Positions 26,184-33,235 of a stretch of DNA of 64,000 nucleotides are shown piece after piece. This DNA comes from Actinomycetes bacterium (lineage in GTDB: Bacteria > Actinomycetota > Actinomycetes > DATJPE01). Made by a program: the position numbers and the translations under genes. Positions within the stretch are counted from its first letter, which is position 1, and every line of letters begins with the position of its first letter. The notes below the pieces were generated by a model. That model made no database searches. It was not told where the DNA came from and saw only the letters and a list, made by a program, of their open reading frames with translations. The stretch lies in NCBI GenBank assembly GCA_035506535.1, contig DATJPE010000063.1:227903-291902 (forward strand), read 5' to 3'.

Positions 26184-27815
26184 GTGAACACCCTTGACCC
26201 GCCCTGGCGAGCCCGCGAGCCGCCGCTCTTTGATGACCGTGCGGTCCGGATTCGACCGCCTGACCAGCACGTTTCGCCCGGGTCGCCAGTCGGAGGGGTC
26301 GTGGAACGAGCCGACGTACGTCGGCGCCGCCTGTGGTCGGCCCTCGCGGTGGCGTCGGTCGCCGCCGGCCTGGCGGTCGGCACGTCCGCGGCCTCCTGGG
26401 CCCTCCCCGCTGGCGGCGTACCGGCCACAACGCCATCGGCAACGGGCACCGTCGTCGCCTCGGACTCACCCGGGGTGAGCTGGCCGAGCGGGGCGTACTG
26501 CGGCTCACCGGACCCGGGCTGCGTCGACTCCTTCGCCACTTGGCGGGGCCGTCCGGTGACGGCGACGACGACCTTCAGCGGCGTCACGACCTGGGCAGCC
26601 CTGGAGGGACCCAACTCCTGGCTCGCCAGCTGGTCGCGAAACCCCTACCGCTCGGCGCTCGACGTGACGGTGCCGATGCTGCCGAACGCGGGCGATGCCT
26701 CCGACCCGACACCGACGCTGGCCGAGGAGGCGAGCGGGGACTACGACGTCTACTTCGAGGTCCTCGCACGAAGGCTCCTCGGTGCGGGCATGGGCTCGGT
26801 GACGATCCGGCTCGGCCACGAGCTCAACGGGACCTGGTACTCCTGGACGGCCCGACCCGATCCCGGGCTGTACGCCGCGGCGTTCCGCGACGTGGTCACG
26901 GCGATGCGGTCCGTCCCCGGGACGCACTTCACCTTCGACTGGAACATCGCGGTCGGCGCCAGTCCCGGGTTCGACGCCACAGCCGCCTATCCGGGGGACG
27001 CCTACGTCGACACGATCGGGCAGGACGTCTACGACGACTCGTGGGGACAGGCACTCACCCCGCAAGCGCGCTGGGCCAAGCTGGTCAACCCGGGCGGAGC
27101 CGTGTCCCAGGGTCTGGCGTTCTGGGCCGACTTCGCGGCCAAGCACGGCAAGCCGCTCTCCTTCGCCGAGTGGGGCCTGGTCGGCGACGGCTCGCCGATG
27201 GCCGGCGGCGGTGCCGGCGGCGACGACCCCTACTTCATCGCCCAGATGCACGCGTGGTTCGCCTCGCACGACGTGGCGTACGAGGTGTACTTCAACCGCA
27301 ACCCGACCGACGGCACGCACCGCATCGACAGCGGCCAGTTCCCCCAGGCGGGGGCCACCTACCAGCAGCTGTTCGGCGGATCCGCCACCGCGTCGCCCAC
27401 GCCGTCCACCACCACCCCACCGTCGGCCACCGCCTCACCAGCCGCATCCAGCGCAGCTTCCGCGGCGACATCCGACGACCCGTCGTGCGCACCGGACCTG
27501 CTGGTCGCGACCAGCCCGTCTCGCTCAGGGGGCGTTCCGCTGTGCGGCAGTACCGTGCACGGCACGGTGTACGTCTTCGCCACCGACGCGACAGCCACTG
27601 CAGCCAGCTTCTTCGTCGACAACCCCAACCGCGCTGCCGCGCCGACCACCCTCGACCTGAACGCGCCCTACGACCTCATGGGGACGGCCGCCGACGGCAG
27701 CGCCAAGCCCTGGGACCTCTCCGCTCTTCCGGCCGGGACGCACACCGTGACCGTGCTCCTCGCGTCGGGATCGGGCACGAGCGTCCAGACCGCGACCTTC
27801 ACGGTCACGCCGTGA
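26184..27815 (+). CDS. Secreted glycoside hydrolase, clan GH-A, GH26-like (beta-mannanase-like). Twin-arginine signal, Ser/Thr/Pro linker, C-terminal beta-rich (CBM-like) domain.
   Basis: 'IRLGHELNGTWYSW' (acid/base Glu motif of GH26/GH-A) and 'SFAEWGL' (nucleophile Glu). 'RRRRLWSALAVASVAAGLAV' is Tat-like. Start uncertain (26184 to about 26300). Confidence 0.55.
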   Translation: MNTLDPPWRAREPPLFDDRAVRIRPPDQHVSPGSPVGGVVERADVRRRRLWSALAVASVAAGLAVGTSAASWALPAGGVPATTPSATGTVVASDSPGVSWPSGAYCGSPDPGCVDSFATWRGRPVTATTTFSGVTTWAALEGPNSWLASWSRNPYRSALDVTVPMLPNAGDASDPTPTLAEEASGDYDVYFEVLARRLLGAGMGSVTIRLGHELNGTWYSWTARPDPGLYAAAFRDVVTAMRSVPGTHFTFDWNIAVGASPGFDATAAYPGDAYVDTIGQDVYDDSWGQALTPQARWAKLVNPGGAVSQGLAFWADFAAKHGKPLSFAEWGLVGDGSPMAGGGAGGDDPYFIAQMHAWFASHDVAYEVYFNRNPTDGTHRIDSGQFPQAGATYQQLFGGSATASPTPSTTTPPSATASPAASSAASAATSDDPSCAPDLLVATSPSRSGGVPLCGSTVHGTVYVFATDATATAASFFVDNPNRAAAPTTLDLNAPYDLMGTAADGSAKPWDLSALPAGTHTVTVLLASGSGTSVQTATFTVTP

Positions 27816-28031
27816 CACCCCGCTACATGTGGCGTCGCGGCCGGCGACCGGCGTCCTGGCACCGGACTCGTGCGGCGCGACGCTCAGTCGAGGACCGGTC
27901 GATGGGTCCTGGCTGGCGAGCGCCGGTCAACCAGCTGGCGACCGACGCGAGCACTGGTACGCCGACGCCGATCGTTTGCGAGGGTCCGGAGCGAGACCAC
28001 GCGCTCGGCCCCCTCGCCGCGCGATCGCTCG

Positions 28032-28104
28032 TGGAGCCAGGGAGACTCGAACTCCCGACATCTGCCTTGCAAAGGCAGCGCTCTACCAACTGAGCTATGG
28101 CCCC
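28032..28104 (-). tRNA. alaT: tRNA-Ala (anticodon UGC), with the G3:U70 identity pair.
   Basis: Reverse complement is GGGGCCATAGCTCAGTTGGTAGAGCGCTGCCTTTGCAAGGCAGATGTCGGGAGTTCGAGTCTCCCTGGCTCCA. No encoded CCA. Confidence 0.9.
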
Positions 28105-28184
28105 GACTCCGGCACGGGTGGCGTCGTGCCCGCACAGTCTAGGCGACGCACTCTCGGACCCTGCCGACCTACCACCAGGACCTG

Positions 28185-28228
28185 TTGTTAGGCGTTGGTC
28201 GGTCGATAGGCCGACCAACGCCTAACAA
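28185..28228 (-). terminator. Strong hairpin (perfect 18-bp stem, 8-nt loop) downstream of the secreted-protein operon, between it and tRNA-Ala.
   Basis: TTGTTAGGCGTTGGTCGG tcgatagg CCGACCAACGCCTAACAA, 23 nt downstream of the stop at 28340. AT-rich relative to the surroundings. No U-tract, as is usual for actinobacterial terminators. Confidence 0.55.
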
Positions 28229-28339
28229 GTCGGCGCACTCCGGGCAACGCGCCTCGGGGTCCGCGGGCTCACCGCACCGTGCGGGCCCAGCCCACCCTGC
28301 AGAATCACCGCACCCTGCAGGCTCAGGTCACCTGAAGGC

Positions 28340-29731
28340 TCAGCTCACGGTGAAGACGATGGTCCCGTCGTAGGTCCCCTCGACGGTGTTCGTGGGTGCG
28401 TCGACCGTCAGCGTGCCGACCGCCTGGACGGTTCCGTCGCCGCCGCCGGCCGTGGCGGCGAACACGTGCGTGCCCTTGGCTCCTGACGTGCCGCTGCCCG
28501 CTCCGGGCTGGATCCCCGACAGCGCCGGGGTGTCGGTGAACGTGACGTGGCTGGCCGGGTTGGACGACGACAGCTCCGTCCAACCGGTGAAGCCGACGTT
28601 CTGGCCGTCGATGACGTTCACCGTGCCCGCAGGGGCAGGGGTCGAGGTCACCAGGTCAGAGGCGTCGAGGGTCGCGGTCCAGTCCGGGTCGCCCGCCAGC
28701 GTGCTCGTGATGGTCAACGGCGCGTCACCGAGCGCCGGGAAGCGGGCCGAGCTCGACAGCCTTGTCGCGTCGGCGTCGAGCTGCATCGGCGGCAGCACGT
28801 ACGGGTGGGTCGACGTGTACGGCGTCGTGATCGTCAGGAACCCCGGGTCGACCGCGACCTGGATGCTCTGCGTGTCGGAGCACGAGCCGCCGTCCGGATA
28901 GGTCCACATGTCGCCCGGGCAGCTGGCCTCGTCGAGGTGGAACGACACGGGGGCGCTCTCGGCATCCCCTGATCCGAACGATCCCGTACCTGTGAAGTAC
29001 GCCCACACGGTGTGGTCGCCGGCGGCCCCCGAACCGCCGCCCAGCACGCTGGTCATCAGCGTGTACGTGCCCGAGCCGTCGGAGGTCACCTCGCCGGGGA
29101 TCGGCGTCGACGACCCGTTGTCATAGAAGGTGATGCTGCCCTGCGCGTCGGCCGGGGTGACGGTCGCGCGCAGGATCTGGCTGCTGTAGGCCGCGTTTCC
29201 GCTCGTCGGGTCGCGCGCGAGAGAGATGGACACGTTGGTCGAGAAGCCGTTGTCGGCCGCGGCCGAGCTCCAGTGGGTCGAGCTCGAGAAGGTCAGCCTC
29301 GTGGTGAACGAGGCGACCGTGACCAGGCTGGCGGAGACCGTGCACGCGACGCTCACCTGGTAGGCCCCGCGCTGGAAGGTGGTCCCGAGTGAGGTGGCGA
29401 ACGCCGCGAACGACATCCCCGCGGCGACGTCGAACCCAGCCGTTGCCGACAGCCCGGCATCCGACGCCGACCACACCGAGCCGGCGGACGGCAAGCCCGG
29501 ACCAGTGAGGCTCAGCACCCAGGAGTCGGCCGGGGCCGGACAGCCCGCGGAGGTCAGGAACGTCGGGACCGCCGTCACGTCGCCCGCCGACGGGGTCACG
29601 CTCAGCGTGCCGGGCTTCGGGTCCGCGTTGGCACGCACTGGGCCGCCGACGAGGAGACCTAGCATGGTCGCGAGGGCCAGCACGAGGCTCGGCACCCCGC
29701 GTCGCAGGCGTCGGTCCATGCTGGGTCTCAC
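28340..29731 (-). CDS. Secreted protein 'B' (463 aa): signal peptide, beta-rich middle region, and a C-terminal WxL-like domain, paralogous to the C-terminus of the 33236..35044 protein.
   Basis: Signal peptide 'VPSLVLALATMLGLLVGGPVRANA'. The C-terminal about 250 aa align with protein A ('CPGD.W.YP.GGSCSDTQSIQVAV', 'LTITSTLAGDPDWTATL', 'NVIDGQNVGFTGWTEL', and ends '...GTYDGTIVFTVS'). The 'GW.L' and terminal 'GTY..T..FTV' recall the two WxL motifs ('GW.L' ... 'GTYSATLTWTL') of Firmicutes WxL domains. Confidence 0.6.
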   Translation of the reverse strand: MRPSMDRRLRRGVPSLVLALATMLGLLVGGPVRANADPKPGTLSVTPSAGDVTAVPTFLTSAGCPAPADSWVLSLTGPGLPSAGSVWSASDAGLSATAGFDVAAGMSFAAFATSLGTTFQRGAYQVSVACTVSASLVTVASFTTRLTFSSSTHWSSAAADNGFSTNVSISLARDPTSGNAAYSSQILRATVTPADAQGSITFYDNGSSTPIPGEVTSDGSGTYTLMTSVLGGGSGAAGDHTVWAYFTGTGSFGSGDAESAPVSFHLDEASCPGDMWTYPDGGSCSDTQSIQVAVDPGFLTITTPYTSTHPYVLPPMQLDADATRLSSSARFPALGDAPLTITSTLAGDPDWTATLDASDLVTSTPAPAGTVNVIDGQNVGFTGWTELSSSNPASHVTFTDTPALSGIQPGAGSGTSGAKGTHVFAATAGGGDGTVQAVGTLTVDAPTNTVEGTYDGTIVFTVS

Positions 29732-29789
29732 TGGAGAAGGCCCCCGTCGTGCCGACCTCGCATCGACACGACGGGGAGTCCGGGAGCGA

Positions 29790-30941
29790 TCACGTCGCCG
29801 TGACGGTGATCGTCTTCTTGGCGGTCTTCACCGTCGTCGAGCCGGCGTAGGTGGCCGTGATCGAGTGCTTGCCCTTCTTGAGCTTGGACAGGGTGTAGGT
29901 CGCCTTGCCCTTGCTCAGCGTCAGCGTCTTCAGCGTCTTCGTGCCGTCCTTGATCGTCACGCGACCCGTGGGCACAACGCCGGTCGCGGTCACGGTGATC
30001 GTGAGCTTGTCCTTGGCCGTGTGGCTCACGCTGCTGTGCGCCGCCTTGAGGCTCACCTTGCCGGTCGCCTTGACCACGGTCAGCGTGTACGTGGCCGTGC
30101 CCGCGAGGACCAAGCTGTCACCGCCGTAGCTGACCGTCAGGCTGTGCTTCTTGACGCTCAGCGTCTTGGGCAGCGACACCTTCGCGCTGCCCTTCGACAG
30201 CGTCGCGCTGCCGAGACTCTTGGTGCCCTCCTTGACCGTCACCGTTCCCGTCGGCGTCGTCCCGGTGGCGGTGACCTTGACCGACAGAGCACGCGCAGAG
30301 CCGTACGCCGGCTTCGTCGGCGATGCGCTCACCGTGAGCTTCGGCGCCACCAGGGTGGTCGTGGGGTAGATCTGCGTCCACGTGCCCGCCGTGGTGTCGA
30401 CCTGGATGTCGGCGGTGAAGTACGAGCCCGACGGCGGCTGGCCGATCCCTGACGTCCACACCCGCAGCTGATAGACGTTCGCGTAGCCCGCAGTGGTGTC
30501 GGTGTTCGGCTGTGCGCCGATGACCGACTGCAGGCTGCCGTCGGTCGGACCCAAGGTCACCACCGGGTTGGTGAAGCTGTTGATCGGCGCCGGCGCGGAG
30601 GCGTTGGGGTACTTGGTGGACGCCGACAGGGACGAGACCAGCCACTGGCCGGTGGGCTTCGCGTGGTCCGGCGTCGCCATGGCCAGCGTCGCCTTGATGT
30701 CGCCCTTGCGCCCCGGTGCCGACGCGCTCACGTAGGAGACGAACGGGACGTCGCTCAGCTTGCCGGACGTCACCTGCGCACCGGTGGAGTCGAACAGCGT
30801 CAGGGTGCCGAGCCCCTGCACGTCCGGCTCCCACGGGGGAGAGGAGTCGGCGACTGCGGGCGAGAACGTCAGGCCGGCGAGGCACAGCGCCGCGGCCAGC
30901 ACCGCGATCGAGCCGGTGAGCACCCATCGAAGAAGCTTCAC
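29790..30941 (-). CDS. Secreted protein 'C' (383 aa): signal peptide, shared N-terminal domain X, then two tandem Lys-rich bacterial Ig-like repeats.
   Basis: GTG at 30941, with GGAG 6 nt upstream ('VKLLRWVLTGSIAVLAAALCLAGLTFSPAVA'). Domain X 'DSSPPWEPDVQGLGTLTLFDSTGAQVTSGKLSDVPFV...PNASAPAPIN' is shared with proteins A and D. Repeats 'TGTVTVKEGTKSLGSATLSKGSAKVSL' and 'TGRVTIKDGTKTLKTLTLSKGKATYTL'. The N-terminal 285 aa of the ORF-track entry are rejected. Confidence 0.6.
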   Translation of the reverse strand: MKLLRWVLTGSIAVLAAALCLAGLTFSPAVADSSPPWEPDVQGLGTLTLFDSTGAQVTSGKLSDVPFVSYVSASAPGRKGDIKATLAMATPDHAKPTGQWLVSSLSASTKYPNASAPAPINSFTNPVVTLGPTDGSLQSVIGAQPNTDTTAGYANVYQLRVWTSGIGQPPSGSYFTADIQVDTTAGTWTQIYPTTTLVAPKLTVSASPTKPAYGSARALSVKVTATGTTPTGTVTVKEGTKSLGSATLSKGSAKVSLPKTLSVKKHSLTVSYGGDSLVLAGTATYTLTVVKATGKVSLKAAHSSVSHTAKDKLTITVTATGVVPTGRVTIKDGTKTLKTLTLSKGKATYTLSKLKKGKHSITATYAGSTTVKTAKKTITVTAT

Positions 30942-31075
30942 GACGTCTCCTCGTCGCCAGCCACGGTCACCCGTGGTCGTCGCTGTCGGTCCAGTCGCGC
31001 GCAGCCTCACGGCCACGGGCGAATGCCCGCCCTGCGCGAGGTTGCGGCCGGATGAACGCCCGACGTCCATCCGCG

Positions 31076-31984
31076 TCATGGGACGCGTTCCCTGTCCTGC
31101 TTGGCCGCTCTGGCCGTTCGCAGCCGCTGGACACCGAACACCAGCGCGCCTCCGACGATGGCTGCGGCGAGAGCGATCGCGACCCGGTTCTGGCTCGAGT
31201 CGGTCGGCGAGCCGGACGCGGTGTTCGAGTCGTTCCCGGCTGCGACCGCCGCGGACCCAGCCCCGCCGGAGGCGGCGGCAGCCGAGTGGCTCACGGCACT
31301 GTGTGAAGACGCGGTCACCGACGTCTTCGAGGTCTTGGCCTGAGCGCCTTCGCCCTTGACGGACACCGACGGGGCGGCGGACGGCAGCTTCGAGGAACCC
31401 AGCACCGCGGTCTCCAGGGAGACGCCCTTGCCGACGTTGCAGGCGACGCTCGCGCCCTTGACCACGTGCCAGGTGTTGCCGGTGACCTGGATGACCGTCG
31501 CCGGATAGGGAGTGGTGAGCGGTGGGGTGTTGGCGTTCGAGAAGTACATCCGCACCTGGAGCAACCCGTCCCACTGTGGTGGCGCCTGGCTGGTCAACGA
31601 GACGAGCGGCGCATCCCCGTAGGTCGCTTGGGCGATCGGGTGCTTGTTGTTGGTGTACGTCGACGCCGCGGTGAACTGCTTGCCGAACCACTCGCCGGGA
31701 TCGACGTCCTTTCGTGGCACGAAGACCCCGAGCGTCGCCTTCCCGAACTTTCCGGTGTATCCGGCGGGCGTCGCCACGCTGGAGATGGCCGTCCACACGA
31801 AGGGCACCGCGGTCAACGACCCGGAGGTGACGGCGTGGCCCTTCGCGTCGCAGAAGGCGATGCCGCCCTGCCAGTTCGGGTCCTTGAAGGGGATGTTGTC
31901 GGCCGCCGCGGAGCCGACCGAGAGCCAGGCACTGATCAGCGAAGTGATGCCAAGGACGCCGAGCACGGCGAGCGAGCGCTTCAC
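31076..31984 (-). CDS. Secreted protein 'D' (302 aa): signal peptide, divergent copy of domain X, and a C-terminal TM anchor with a basic tail.
   Basis: 'VKRSLAVLGVLGITSLISAWLSVGSAAA'. Then 'FKDPNWQGGIAFCDAKGHAVTSGSLTAVPFVWTA', which matches the PPWEPD...LFDS.G..VTSG.L..VPFV pattern. C-terminus 'VAIALAAAIVGGALVFGVQRLRTARAAKQDRERVP'. The start overlaps the stop of the upstream gene. Confidence 0.55.
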   Translation of the reverse strand: MKRSLAVLGVLGITSLISAWLSVGSAAADNIPFKDPNWQGGIAFCDAKGHAVTSGSLTAVPFVWTAISSVATPAGYTGKFGKATLGVFVPRKDVDPGEWFGKQFTAASTYTNNKHPIAQATYGDAPLVSLTSQAPPQWDGLLQVRMYFSNANTPPLTTPYPATVIQVTGNTWHVVKGASVACNVGKGVSLETAVLGSSKLPSAAPSVSVKGEGAQAKTSKTSVTASSHSAVSHSAAAASGGAGSAAVAAGNDSNTASGSPTDSSQNRVAIALAAAIVGGALVFGVQRLRTARAAKQDRERVP

Positions 31985-33123
31985 GGCCGGCCTCCCGGAG
32001 TGAGGACGGGCTCGCGCGACGCCGAGCCTCCCGTCGGGGGGCTGAAGTCGCCGGGGAGGTGCCTGCGCCGGCGTCTCCAGAACCAGCCGAGGCCGATCAC
32101 CACGAACAGCCCGACCACCAGCACCCATGGGATGGCCCAGAAAGTCACCGCCGCGGTCACCGGCTCGAGCCCGGGATCGACGTCACCGGGTGCCGCGGCC
32201 GCGTCGACACGGACGTGCGCGGTGAGGCGGCCCTGCGGCCGTACGCCGTGCACGTACGCCACCTCCGGGTAGGAGGCCCCGGGCAGGAGCAGGGGCAGGT
32301 CCGGCAGTTTGACCAGCAGCGCTTTGCCGAACGGGCCCTTCACCCACACTTGCTGGGATCCGCCGAGCTTGACGTTTCCCCCGTTGTGGACGACGAAGTG
32401 GACGGTGACGGTGCCTCGGGTGACGGGGTTGAGCGATCCGCCGTACGTCGCGCGCAGGCCGTGGATGGACAGGTTCGGGTGCAGCGGGCCGGACACGCGG
32501 AGGAACACCCGGGAGGCGGTCCGCTGGAGCAGCGTCTCGCGCTGACCGGACTTCGAGATCGCGATCGAGGACAGCGACGCGATGATGCCTCCTGCGTAGT
32601 CACCCGGAGGTGCGCCGGCGGGGACGCGCAGGGTCAGCGGGATGATGACCGCGCTGGGCCCCTTGACGGTGCGCGCCGGCACGCGGACGGTCGACGGACC
32701 GCTGAGAGTGATCCACCTCCCGAGGTCCTTGGGTGGGTCCGTCGGGGAGGCGAGCGCGAAGCCCCCGCTGGCGTCCGCGAAGGCTTGCACCGGATAGACG
32801 CTCAGGAGCAGCGGCCGGGTCGAGGCGTTGAGCACCGCCACTTCGTCGGTGAGCCGGGCGCCAGGTGTCGCCTGGTAGGTGAACGTCGGGCGACCGTCCT
32901 GCTTGTGGTGAGAGGCCGGCGCGACGCCGAAGGTGGCGACGAACTGGCCCTTGCCGGGAGCCGGTGACCCGACCGCGCCTTGCGAGGAGGCAGGGGAGGG
33001 ACTCGACGAGGGGCCCGAATCCGTGGCGACGGCATCAGCCATCGGCGAGGCCACGGCCGTGAGGAGACAGAGCGGGAGCGACAGGAGCAGCACGCGTCGG
33101 GCGCGTGCCCGGAGAGCGGACAT
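31981..33123 (-). CDS. Cell-surface protein with signal peptide and C-terminal TM anchor plus poly-Arg tail; DUF916/CscA-like topology.
   Basis: 'MSALRARARRVLLLSLPLCLLTAVASPMADAVA' signal. About 300 aa of beta-rich ectodomain. C-terminal 'VTFWAIPWVLVVGLFVVIGLGWFWRRRRRHLP'. Its position directly upstream of WxL-like genes parallels CscA. Sequence-level DUF916 membership is not verified. Confidence 0.45.
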   Translation of the reverse strand: MSALRARARRVLLLSLPLCLLTAVASPMADAVATDSGPSSSPSPASSQGAVGSPAPGKGQFVATFGVAPASHHKQDGRPTFTYQATPGARLTDEVAVLNASTRPLLLSVYPVQAFADASGGFALASPTDPPKDLGRWITLSGPSTVRVPARTVKGPSAVIIPLTLRVPAGAPPGDYAGGIIASLSSIAISKSGQRETLLQRTASRVFLRVSGPLHPNLSIHGLRATYGGSLNPVTRGTVTVHFVVHNGGNVKLGGSQQVWVKGPFGKALLVKLPDLPLLLPGASYPEVAYVHGVRPQGRLTAHVRVDAAAAPGDVDPGLEPVTAAVTFWAIPWVLVVGLFVVIGLGWFWRRRRRHLPGDFSPPTGGSASREPVLTPGGRP

Positions 33124-33172
33124 GGTCTTGGTGGTTTCCGTTCGCGAGGTGGCGGCCCGCGGACCGCCGGAG

Positions 33173-33198
33173 CGGGGCCGAGCTAGCGCCCGGCCCCG
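33173..33198 (-). terminator. Weak hairpin (8-bp GC stem) about 40 nt downstream of protein A.
   Basis: CGGGGCCG agctagcgc CGGCCCCG, between the stop at 33236 and the next start at 33123. Confidence 0.3.
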
Positions 33199-33235
33199 CC
33201 CGGTGGCCTCAGCCGCCGAACGTGGTGTTCGGAGT

